Of a stretch of 64,000 bases of DNA, positions 43,601 through 55,610 are shown piece by piece. The translations under genes and the position numbers were made by a program. Numbering within the stretch: the first letter of the stretch is position 1; each line of letters begins with the position of its first letter. The stretch is from Octopus sinensis (Eukaryota): assembly GCF_006345805.1 (NCBI RefSeq), contig NW_021833300.1, positions 1-64,000 of the forward strand. Direction: 5' to 3'. The notes under the pieces were generated by a model. It was given only the letters and a program-made list of their open reading frames with translations, did not search any database and was not told the origin of the DNA.

Positions 43601-44619
43601 TTAATGAAATATTTCTTACTAAAGATTCTATTATATTTGGGGATGATTTGATAATTTATTTACGTAATTCGTGATTTCGCCTTCCTTTCTAAATGGGTAA
43701 TGTAGCTTGGAGTTAAGGTCTAGCGTAATATCTAGGAAGTTAACTATTTTATGCCCGGTTCATACGTTATACTGAGGTTGAAATCCTTAAAGAACTTATT
43801 AATTTTCTTTCTAATCCTTTCTATAACAGATTATTATTACTAGGGATAACAAACAGAGCATCATCCCTATATAGACCCCCCTGTATTTCTGGTATATCCT
43901 TGCTTATGCATTTTAATAGATATGCGCCTACTAGGTTGGTTACCTCAGCCGAATCACTGGAACCCATTGGTATATCAAAAAAATTAGGTGTATCTGCTCT
44001 AGTCCATAATTTATCTTCAAATTCTATAAATGTCTTCCTAGCTAGTAGCACAATATTGATTTCTTCTCTAGATATGAGGGAGCGATTCATGGCAAATATT
44101 AGTGATTTGTTGAGTAAGATAGGGAAATACTAGAGTAATAACTATTAATATCGAACTGATTAGGCAAACACCTAATCATATAACAAGAATTGATACCTAC
44201 CTCATTGTGTTCAACCATTAATAAATTTATCGCTTGTGAATATGAAATTCCTCTTCATTTCTCTGGAAATTTACATCTACACCATTGGAAATTGTGCATC
44301 TATACAAAGAATTAATTCACCCTCTCTGTAATGCTAATAAGCAGGAATTGAGACCCACCTCGTTGTGATTAACAATGGATAAATTTGTCTTCTGTGAGTA
44401 TGTAATCCCTCATCATATCTCTGGAAATTCATATGTGCTCTATGGATTAGGTCACCTTCTCTGTGATGCTATTAAAACTTTTAAAATTCTGTGATAAGAC
44501 TGTACATCATCTTTAAAGAACTTTAATGAACATTGGAAATCTGTTTATGTTACTTAATTATCTACATTACTTCATGAGTATAGCCTCAACCACTAGGATG
44601 TCTAGAGAACTCACATGTA

Positions 44620-44710
44620 TTTTAGCTGATGAGTACGGGACACGTTTATATGCTGTAATTTTTACAACTTTTAATAAAGCCTGTCCTTGTATGAAACGAT
44701 TGTACTAAAA
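44620..44710 (+). ncRNA. Type I hammerhead ribozyme motif in the inverted terminal repeat
   Basis: TTTTAG CTGATGA GTACGGGACA...TGTCCTTGTAT GAAA C GATT GTA CTAAAA: stem I TTTTAG/CTAAAA, long stem II, minimal stem III with near-palindromic ACGATTGT, GUA cleavage triplet. Confidence 0.75.
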
Positions 44711-44857
44711 ACCTATCCATTCTTGTTGCTTCTTTCTCGCTTATAATCACCCCACATTACTGTATTGTTAAAACAGTATAGTTTTTTTTGGTGCATCTAA
44801 GTTAGGTACCATATTCAAGTAAATTCATTTAAATTAACTTGAATCTTTATTGCTTTT

Positions 44858-44906
<49 letters not shown>

Positions 44907-45074
44907 TATATATATTATGTGTGTGTGTGTGTGTGGGGTGCGCGTGTGGTGTGTTGTGGTGTATGTGTGTGTGTGTGTGTGTGGCTGCGTGTGTGTGTGT
45001 GTATAATGTCTATATATATATGTATATATATATATATGTAATATTATATATATAATATATATATATATATATAC

Positions 45075-45139
<65 letters not shown>

Positions 45140-45197
45140 AGAGACAGAGAGAGAGAGAGATAGATACATAATATATATATATATAATATATATCCTT

Positions 45198-47093
45198 AAA
45201 TCCTTAAATCCTTAAAAATGTTTTAGCCCGAAGGCCGCGGCCATGCCGGGGCACCACCGCTGAATGAGCTACACTAATTTGTGAATCCACCTCTGATACG
45301 TGGCACTTAATCAACAAGGGAGTTCGATGCTGCTGCCCGCATCCGCGTCTCCTCTCGTGAGGTAGGTTCATCTGGGACTCCCAACAAGAAGAGATCCAGT
45401 TTAGTTTTAAAGAAACCCACACCCACACCGTCTAAGTCTCTCAGGCATTTAGGGAGGATATTAAAGAGCTCTGAACCCCAAGCTGTTGCAGTATCTGGAC
45501 CTGTATTTTGATGGTGATGTTGGAATCCTTGGCACCATGCAGTGGCGCCCCGTTCTGCGGTTGGAGTAACTTTGAATGCCAAAGTTTGGGACAAGACCCT
45601 CCAGGATTTTCCAGATGTATATCACCGCATATCTATCCCGCCTCCGCTCTAGGGAGAAGAGGTTTAATACCTTCAGTCTTTCCCAGTAGCTGATATTTTG
45701 CATTGAGACGATTTTCTTTGTGTAGCTTCTCTGAATTGCTTCGAGTTCTGCTGTTAGCTTTATATTGTGTGGTGACCAAAGTTGGGAGCAGTAGTCCAAG
45801 CGGCTGAGGACGAATGTTTTCCAGAGGACCATCAGTGTCTCCTTCTCTCTTGTTCTGAAAGTTCGGAGAATCCATCCAGCTAGCCGTCTGCATTTTATCA
45901 CCAGATTAGCAATATGCATTTGGAAAGATGCATCATTGCTCATGTCAATGCCCAGGTCACGCACTGATTTTGACTCAGGGATTGCAATTCTTCCTGGGCC
46001 AGTGTATCCAGTCTTCACATCATTTACCTTTGTGTGCCAGTAGCGCAGGGCCTGGAGCTTACCTGCATTAAACTGCATGTTGTTGTCCTCAGCCCATCTG
46101 TATATTGTGTCCAGCTCATGTTGCAGATGCGCAATATTTTCAGGGTTTTGTATTGCGTGGGAGACTTTTGTGTCATCTGCATAGCTAGCAAGGGTGGTCA
46201 TCGTAGCAACTGAAGGCATGTCTGAAAGGGCCACTATGAACATCAGTGGCCCCAAGACAGTGCCCTGTGGGACACCGCTTGTTATTTGCGTTTCCTTGGA
46301 GGTGGCTTCATTGCTCACAACTGCCTGTTTTCTGTCTTTTAGGAAGTTGTGCAGCCACTCTCCAAGTTTCCCGCCTATGCCACGCAGTTTGTGACAGATC
46401 ATACCTTGATCCACTTTATCAAAGGCTTTTGCAAAGTCGAGATATATTACATCCACATTTGAGCCATTTAGTAGCTGTTTCAACACCCTGTCATAGTGTT
46501 GCAGGAGCTGTGTTAGGCAGCCTCTACCTGGTCGAAATCCATGCTGGGTGTCAGACAGCAAGTCACTTTCTTCAAGGAACATGATTAGTTTCTTGCGGAC
46601 TATTCGTTCAATGACTTTGCTGATGTGTAAGGTCAGAGAGATAGGCCTATAATTTTTAGCATCTGCTCTGCTACCTCCCTTATGGATAGGGCATATTACC
46701 CCCTCTTTCAATTTGACTGGGAGCTTACCACTTGCAAGAAAGCTCTATAAAGAAGCTGTAGCGGTTTTGCAAGGGCTCGTTTGCATGATTTGAGAAGGAT
46801 CGATGGGAATCCATCAGGTCCAGCAGGTGAGTTTGTGTCAATCTCATCAATGGCTAGTGTGATATCATCATCTTCGATGTTGATGTACTCAATTTTTGTC
46901 TCTTTGGCCGCAGGTAAAGTGGCAAAGAATTCTTCTGGGTTGTTTACTTGCCTGTGCCCTAGAGGTGTAGTGAACACACTTTGGAACTGTTATTCAGTAT
47001 TTCACTTATCCTCGTGGGCTTTCCTGTGAGAGAGCCATCTTTTTGGAAGAGAGGTCCTATTCTCTGGTGCACTGTGAGTGTCTCTTTGGCAAA
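45198..47093 (-). mobile_element. 5'-truncated copy of the CR1/L2-group LINE family at 32160-35475
   Basis: 416-aa RT ORF 45461-46711 highly similar to 33960-35220; (ttaagga)n tail at ~45195-45215. Confidence 0.88.
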
Positions 47094-47109
47094 CGTAATA
47101 TATATATAT

Positions 47110-47255
47110 ATATTATATTAAAGTAGAGATAAATCCACTATTAGGCAAATCAAACAGTGAAAAACATAAGCAATACATAAAATTAATTTAAAATATAAAA
47201 GTTAACAATAAAAAATTATTTAAATAATTTACACTTATAAATTTTATACATATAT

Positions 47256-47315
<60 letters not shown>

Positions 47316-48715
47316 ATATTTTTTATAGTTATATATTATTTTATTAATTAATTAATTTATTAATTTATTTATTTATTTATTTTTTTTTTAATATTTTTTT
47401 TATTATAATATATCAAAAGTATTAAAAGTTTAATAAAAGATAAAGAGTAAAACACTACGATCGTTTCATGGCTGTACCAATTCGAATAACAATAATTTAA
47501 ATTCAATTAATATTCGAGTTATGGTTACAGTCAATCTTCAGGCTAATTGAAATATTTTAAAAATAATCAGAAATATTTAAACAATATGTTTAAGATATAT
47601 ATAATATAATAATTTTACTTATAATAAACTCTATTATCAAACTAGAAACTTAAAACTTAACAATTATGATTATATCAAAATTAATTATAATATTAAATAT
47701 TAATTTTAATTTATAAGGTAGGAAACCCACCAATAATTTAATATCGGTAATAGTCTATATCTAATTACATAAATATTTTAAAAAAACAAAAAAAAAACTA
47801 TTATATATAAATTATCAATGAAAATATATAAACGTATATAAATATTATAGTAAGAACTAAAATAATCTCTATAAATAAATATATATGGTCATATAATAAA
47901 AACCTAATAAATTAATTTTTCATATTTAAAGATGAAATAGCTAATTTCAAAAATACAAACAAACTTAAACGAACTTTCGGAAATCTTATGTAAAATACTT
48001 ATAGAAATAATCAATTCGTAGTTATATAGTATAGAATAAATACTATAAATATAATTATCAATGGGAATAACTAGCGAATGTGAATTTTAAAAGACAATAA
48101 CTAAGTTATGCTACTAAGTTAGTCATGGCCTTGACCAATCTTTAGTCGAAACATATCTAAGTTTATCAAAGTTTATCTGATTTTAATTATAAGAAATTTA
48201 AAACTACAATTAATACTATTAATACATGTACATACAAAAGCCTAACTTTAGACACCTCGTATATTTGCTATCAAACATAAATCTATTGCTAAGTAGTATC
48301 GTACAATAAACTTAAATTTAATATCTAATAATATAGAAAATTACGATAATTAGATCATTACATAAACAACAATATTTACATAAGGAAAATATTACACCAA
48401 AGACTTATAAAATATTAAAATTTACAATTTAAAGATCTTAAATATAAATAAATACTTATCTTAGCGAGGTTTTGTAAAAATAAATAAGTAAATAAATTAA
48501 TTAATTAATTAATTAATAAAATAATATATAAATGTAAAAAAATATACACATACATATATATAAATATATATTTGTATATATATATATAAAATTTAAAAGT
48601 TTAAATTGTTTAAATAATTTTTTATTTTTAACATTTATATTTTAAATTAATTTCATATATTGGCTTATGTTTTTCACTCTTTGATTTGCCTAATAGTGGT
48701 TTTATCTCTAATTTA
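47110..48715 (+). mobile_element. Highly decayed Penelope-like fragment with inverted ends
   Basis: ~47110-47390 is the reverse complement of ~48480-48715; internal remnants RKPTN (~47720) and IFKDEIANFK (~47925); hammerhead-like core at 47450-47547. Confidence 0.55.
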
Positions 48716-48798
48716 ATATAATATAATAAAATATATTTATACTATAAAATTGGTTTAATCCTAAATCTGATTTTTCCCTGTAAGTTTGGATTTATTCC

Positions 48799-48855
<57 letters not shown>

Positions 48856-49028
48856 GTGTGTGTGTGTAGATAGATAGATAGAGATATAGATATAGATATA
48901 TATAAGAACACACACACATACAGGCATATATATATATATATATATCTGTGTGTGTGTGTAGATAGATAGATAGAGATATAGATATAGATATATATAAGAA
49001 CACACACACATACAGGCATATATATATA

Positions 49029-49059
<31 letters not shown>

Positions 49060-49958
49060 GATATATATAGAGAGAGAGAAAGAGAGAGCCAACATTTGTT
49101 TTTGCTATGTCTAAGTTCCTGTAACATAGCAGTTCGGCAAATAGGTCGGAAGGAATAAGTGGAATTCTCGACAAAGAGAAATACTGGAGTCGGTCTGTTG
49201 GACTAATGACGTCACTGTGGTGCTCCAGCGTGGCCGTAGTTCAATAACTGTATGAAATAAACAATTAACAATAAAATCTATTTAGTAAATACAATAATGA
49301 AGTGGTTTAAGGTATGTGTCCAGGGAGGTAACTCTCAATATAAGAAAATATAAATTTGAGAGTAACTTCCCTTAACAAAGGCAACTACGAGCGATCAATT
49401 GGTTTAGAATGTGTGCGTGGGTCTATGTATGTATGTATGTATGTATGTATGGGTGTACGTATTTATGTATGTATGTATGAATGTATGTATGTATGTATGT
49501 GTGTATGTATGTATGTATGTATGTAAGTATGTATGTATGTATGCATGGATGGATGTATGTATGTATGAATGTATGTATGTATGTATGAATGTATGTATGT
49601 ATGCATGTATGTATGTTCCTGAAGGTCAGCAATGGTCTTCCTCGGTCACGAGTGGACAGCCATCTTCATGTATCATCATGTCTATACACACACACGCACA
49701 TGTATATAAATGAATATATATATGTATATATATATAACTGTATATATGTATATAAGTATATAACTATATATATACATATATGTATATAAATGTATATATA
49801 TGTATATAAATGTATATTATATATGTGTGTATATATATGTATAATTATGTATATATATATATAAATGTATATATATGTATATAAATGTGTATATATATAC
49901 GCATATAGATGTGTATATATATATATGTGTGTATGTATATATGTATATATGTATGTAT

Positions 49959-50049
<91 letters not shown>

Positions 50050-50139
50050 GGAGATGAATGTATTTTTACCTTGTTAACAATTAATACGGAAAAAATAAAA
50101 ATAAATAAATAGTTACCAGGGTAGCAAAAATTTCACAAG

Positions 50140-50960
50140 TAAACATGTTGTAACTCCTTGTTTATGAAGGTAGAAACTTCGTGTTTACGTAGAATATTTT
50201 GAATAATATATGAATAAATAAATGGAGTTTAACGCAGTGTAAATGAAATGTTTTAACTTCCGACACATGTTTCGAAAATTCCACTGATACTATACAAAAG
50301 AATAAATGGTATAAACAATGCAATCTTCTCTTCGAGAAAGTGAAAAAAACGAAACTCGTCAATACGACATCTTAGCAAAAAATGATCGATTTGTATAGCG
50401 ATTGACAGAACGCTATTAATATTGTTTAAAAAAACGTTATATGATATAACGTCATAAGTACCTAACAGAAAGAGTATGGATACCAATACTGAATGTTAAA
50501 TATAAAGGAAATTAAAGTTTAAATTATATATAATTATACAGACTACTTATATGCACTAAATGTGTGTTTTTGCCAATGCTTAAATCTGTATGATCGATCT
50601 ATAACCGTGTTTACTAGAGTTTTTTTTAGAAAAAATAATGAAAAATAGCTCAGAATTGCAGAGAAGACAGAATTCCTTGCCTTTGTCATAAGGTATCGAA
50701 ATTGAGAGAATCAACCATTCTAAATGAAATTGTTCATTGTGGTCTTTTAAGTCACAAATCAGTTTGCTGAGACCGGTACTATTACGTTTATTTCTATCTC
50801 TAAATGTTGTGTAATGGATAAAAATTCTTTTAGATAAGTCTAACGATGTGCTTCCAATGTAAAATCGTACTTTATTACGAGTACTGATGATACACTGGCA
50901 TATAGAATTTTTACTCTTAAGGTTACTTGACATAAACTTATTTCTATTGGAATTGACTTC
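50140..50960 (-). mobile_element. Penelope-like GIY-YIG 3' fragment (right arm only)
   Basis: ORF 50580-50933: FYIGSTS..KRIFIHYTTFR..TGLSKLI.DLK..WLIL..PYDKGKEFCLLCNSE. Confidence 0.75.
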
Positions 50961-51035
50961 AGATACATATATATATATATATATATAATATATATATAAT
51001 ATATATATATATTATATTATATATATATATATATA

Positions 51036-51093
<58 letters not shown>

Positions 51094-51147
51094 GATATAT
51101 GTATTTATGTATGTATGTAAGTATGTATACTTGTATATTTTTCAGGA

Positions 51148-51478
51148 ATGGAGACAACAATCCAGTACCATTCGATTCTTCTTCTTCTGCCAGCTTTGAC
51201 ACTTTTGCTTTTCGTGACTCTTGTAACTGCCGGAGAACCAACGAATAGAGAGGGTCTCTTCGAACAAACCACAACATCAAGATGCTTAACAGATCAGAAT
51301 AAAACTACAAAAACCGCGTCATCTCGTTTGGAATGTGCGAGTCTGTGTCTTTCCCACGATGAGTGCCAATATTTTAGCTATTGTAATGGCCCGTGTTATA
51401 TGCATCGATCGCTTTACAACAAAGAAATTAAAGATCAGGATTGCACGTGTTTATCGTATATTTTACTTTCCGGAAACA
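51148..51478 (+). CDS. Copy C exon 1: signal peptide + PAN/Apple-like domain
   Basis: tatatttttcag|gaATG; METTIQYHSILLLLPALTLLLFVTLVTAG..CLTD..ECASLCLSHDECQYFSYCNGPC..DCTC; donor AACA|gtatgt at 51479, phase 1. Confidence 0.85.
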
Positions 51479-53551
51479 GTATGTAAATCACAATTTTCTG
51501 GCATATTTTTTTCTAATTTCTGTACTATATTTTCATCATTACCCAATTGTTTTACAAATGAACCCCCTCCACACACATACACACACACTCACACACAAAC
51601 AAACATACACACACATGTATGTATGTATATCATTATTCAGTTTATTTCAGGATTTCCTGCCAATAGAGAACGAACCGGTTTCTAACCTAAATCCAGGCTC
51701 CTTCACTGGAATTGCAACATCAACAACAGGGTATTTTTGTTTGTAAGTTTGTATGTATGTTATGTATGTATGTATCTATGCGCAGATTTGCATGTTTTAT
51801 GTATGTATGCTCGCAAAGAAACGAACAAGCGACAACAATCAATGCAAACTAACAAACTGTCCCATCCGTGACATAGATTTATGCCAACGGGTAAATGTTA
51901 TGTATAGAATACAATGTAACAAACGCAACAAGTTCTATGTGGGTAGCACAACAAAACCGTTACACGTTCGCATCAAAGAACATCTTAACACGATAGCCCC
52001 CTCCTTCAGAAAGGATGCCGGAACACCGACAAGAGCATAACAGTCACAAATGAGCCAGTGAAAGAAATGTGGGTAATTTAAGAATTAAGGAAGCTATACT
52101 CATACGTAGACTCATACACGAGACATGGCCGACCTCACGCACTTAGTGCTCTCATAATCACTATATTCAAGAAATGAGAAAATCTTATGGAAACCATCGT
52201 GTAAACTCGCTACTTACTAATTTAGGAAAGATCTTTGCTCCAATACACTTGAACGGTCCCCACACCATCACAGAAAGAATCCTTCCAGAATCCCAGTGTG
52301 TTTTCCGAGCATTACTTGGAACCATAGACACGATCTGCGCCAGACTATTCCAAAGCAAGTATCGAGAACAACAAAACCGAATTTTCCTTATCTTTTATGA
52401 TCTGCAAAATGCTTTTGATAGAGTACCAAGACCAGCCATATGGACGGCCCTTGATTATTTCTTCTCCCTGATCATACGATGGTATGACTGGGCGTTTCCT
52501 TCCTCGTGATGGACTCTCAGAAGAATTCCCAATTACATCTGGATTGAAACAGGTTTGCGTACCCGCTACTATGCTTTTCTCCTTATACCTTGCTGCAATG
52601 ATCCATGAACTTCCCTCGGATCAGCTGGGAAAGGACATCAGATATCGTTTTGATGAAAGACACTTCACCCTGGTGAGGTTTCGGTCAAAGAATCTTACCA
52701 GCTCCAAGCGAATCTCAGAACTTCACTTCCTCGATGGCAACGTGGTCATTCGGTCACTCAAACTTAGAACCGCAAAAAGCTGTCAGTTATTTAACCATTG
52801 CGTATCAACGTTTTGAGCTCACTGTAAATTCTAAGAAATCTCAGTTCTTCGCCTAATCAATCCCGAATTCTGCCCTTCTGCACTTTAACATCATAATTTC
52901 GGACACACCACTGGAACAAGTTAATCACTTTACATGCCTTAGAAGTGTGCTTTCCACCAAACACAATCCTGAGCAAGATGTGGAACGAGGAATCGGACCG
53001 GCTCACTCAGCTTTCTTTGAAATAAATAAATGTCTTTCCTGAAAAATCCTGGAAACTTCTGGAATGCACCTCCTTTTTCTTTAAAATCCTAGTGGTGTCA
53101 CAAAAAGTTTACACAGATATGACCGTCATCAGTTGAGGCCCGATCGTCTGCTAAATTAAATGCGCCTAAGCGTAAGCGGCCCTTATCAATGGGAGAAATC
53201 AAGTCGTAAATAGATGATTTAAACAGCGATGAAGAAGTGTTTTTCTGATTTTCTTTCATCATCAATTGAAGCAGATGATGTTGAAAATGATGTTTTAGAT
53301 AATACAGAAAAAAATAATGCTTCAACTAGCTCTGGATGGAAAAAGTGCACCGATTCTTCTCCATTTGTTTAAGACCAACAATTATTTTAGTTTTTGTGCT
53401 TAATTTAATGAAAATGAATATAAAAATTTGCTTTATGAAAAAAGATTTTTTCGATTATTGTCTGTTTGTCACACACATTCATGCAACACTTTCCCGCCGT
53501 TTAAGGGTTAACATCTTGTGTGTATACTTACATTTTTTATTGCTGATTCAG

Positions 53552-53643
53552 GTAAAAGCTGGCAGAAAGTATTTGAGATGACCAAAAACTCATTTAAGAA
53601 AAGCCCTATTTATTTTTACTGGGACAATTTGCCTATTGAAAAG
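53552..53643 (+). CDS. Copy C exon 2
   Basis: ttttttattgctgattcag|GT...GAAAAG|gtaatg; 92 nt encoding (S)KSWQKVFEMTKNSFKKSPIYFYWDNLPIEK; phases match exons 1 and 3. Confidence 0.85.
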
Positions 53644-54929
53644 GTAATGAATTTTTAGAATTTCAAGATGTTTCTCATTAAATAACCAATCTACATATTT
53701 GTTGCTGTTGTACAATAATTACTAGTGTTTTCTTTTAAATGTTTAATTTCAGTTTCTGATGTTTGTTTCATTTTTAAAATCTTTCTTTGGCGGGGTTTCA
53801 CGATAGAATTAGATCCAGACTAATTTTCCTTCTAAATTTCAATGGAATATTGTGCAGCGTTTTCATTTTGTGGCAAGAGTGTTGCTATAAAATATGCACG
53901 ACGCAGAGAAACCTATTCCTCTCGTATTTATTTCTCCTTTTTTTTCTGTTTCACTAGCGAGACTTGGGGACTAAGGTCCGGCCTTTTATTTAGATTTTCA
54001 TCATTTTCGCCGGGTATCTGATTAAGGACACTGATCTTTGCTTTAATAAGGGTTTTGGAATTCAGCTTTGACTGCAATGATTTTCTTACTCTCCTTGTGT
54101 ACTCCCAATTGGTCGTTTGTTTCATTCATTTTTTATTTCGTCTGCTTTCAGTATTCCCAACTACTTTTACCACCGTCCTTTCTCAACTGCTCCCATTCTT
54201 TGCCCATTTGGCATTTCAATTCCCTCGCTTCTTTCAAATGTTCCTCCTTTTATTTTCAATATAGCGCACTTTTCTATCTCAAATTCCATAGCAACGTTAT
54301 TTGAGAAAATGCGGATAATATTTACAAGATTTTCAAACTGTTTCTCATTTTTCGCATAAACTTTTGTATCGTCCATGAAAAGGAGATGATTTATCTGACC
54401 ATTTCCTTTAACCAAATCGTAAGCAATGTTCACTTTTCATGGCCAATTCGAATAGTAACGGAGATAAGCTATCACCTTGAAATATTCCACGTCTGATGTT
54501 CACTTTTCCGGGTTTTTGTTTTTCTCCGATCATTTCAGTATTCCAATGTTCCATACTTTCATTTAGCATTTTCTCCATGCTTTTTTTTTTTGTTGCTATT
54601 TCAAAACTGCTCCTTGTTTTACTTATCTAACTGTGTGCTACCATGTCATACGCTTTTTTCTAATCTAACCATGCTACATTCACTCCTGCCAATCATCTAC
54701 CTCTGCAATTTCTAATTATCATTTTATCATCTAATAGGTGATCTTTTGTTGCCCTACTTTGGTTCCTGCATCCTTTCTGTTCTTTAGGTAATAGATTGTT
54801 ACTTACCTGATGTTTGCAAGTTCCCTTTCAAGGGGTCCTTGGCGCATTAACAGTGTTCGCTCGCTGGTCATCCAAGCAGGGGTGCGACCTTGCTGCTGAA
54901 GACAGTCATCCTGTTGCACAGCAAACCTC

Positions 54930-55610
54930 TCTCTTCTTCTTCTTCTTCTTCTTCTTCTTCTTTCTTGTCTTCTCTTCTTTCTTTTCTTCTTTTCTGCTTC
55001 TTCTTGTCTTCTTCTTCTCTTCTTTCTTCTTCTTCTTCTTCTTTCTTCTCTTCTTCTTCGTCTTCGCCTTCTTCTTCTTCTTCTTCTTCTTCTTCTCTTC
55101 TCTTCCTTTCTTGCTCTTCAATCCGGCTTCTTTCGTTCTCTTCTTCTTTCTACATCTCTTATAATCTTCTTTTCATCTTCTTATTTCTTCTTCTTCTTCT
55201 TCTTCTTCTTTTTCTTCTTCTGTCTCTTTTCTATGTCTTTATTCTTCTTCTCTTTCTCTCTTCTTTCTCTTCTTCCTATCTTCTTCTTTCTTCTTATTCT
55301 TGCTTCTTTAATTCTTCTTCTTCTTCTTCTTCTTCTCTTCTTCTTCTTCTTTTCTAATTCTTCTTAATCGTCTTCTTCTTCTTCTTCTTCTTCTTCTCTA
55401 ATTATTCTTCTATTTTAATCATTTTTCTCTCTTCTTCTTCTTCTTCTTCTTTTTCTTCTATTCTTTCTTCTTCTTCTCTTTTCTTCTCTTCTTCTTCTAA
55501 TTCTTCTTCTATTCTTCTTCTTCTTCTTCCTTCTTCTTTCTCTTCTTCTTCTCTTCTTTTTCTTCTTCTTCTTCTTCTTCTTCTTTTTCTTTCTTTTCTT
55601 CTTATTAGTT
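54930..55610. repeat. Degenerate (CTT)n tract
   Basis: ~680 bp here versus a ~150-bp (GAA)n tract at the homologous 14915-15060. Confidence 0.85.

Larger units (their letters stand above)
40521..44745 (-). mobile_element. Penelope-like element (RT + C-terminal GIY-YIG) with ~584-bp inverted terminal repeats
   Basis: RT motifs FDIPMGSSDSAEVTNLVG..GGLYRDDAL; linker ILWLNIPF..ISYSTL; GIY-YIG CKCRIKSKCP..LC..VIYK..YIGCT..NH; 40521-41104 is the near-identical reverse complement of 44163-44745. Confidence 0.88.

Noticed and set aside
42095-44100. Selenocysteine read-through in the Penelope-like ORF
   Set aside because: The break I checked upstream of the GIY-YIG frame is TAA, and the other ORF pieces are in different frames; decay or assembly error explains this better.
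51148-51486. Single-exon 112-aa ORF as the complete gene (same for 18544-18882)
   Set aside because: The stop lies 6-8 nt into a consensus donor (A|GTATGT), and phase-compatible conserved exons 2 and 3 exist; at most an intron-retention isoform.
52000-52050. Decayed hammerhead 3' of the intronic GIY-YIG fragment
   Set aside because: Neither the CUGANGA nor the GAAA core is intact.
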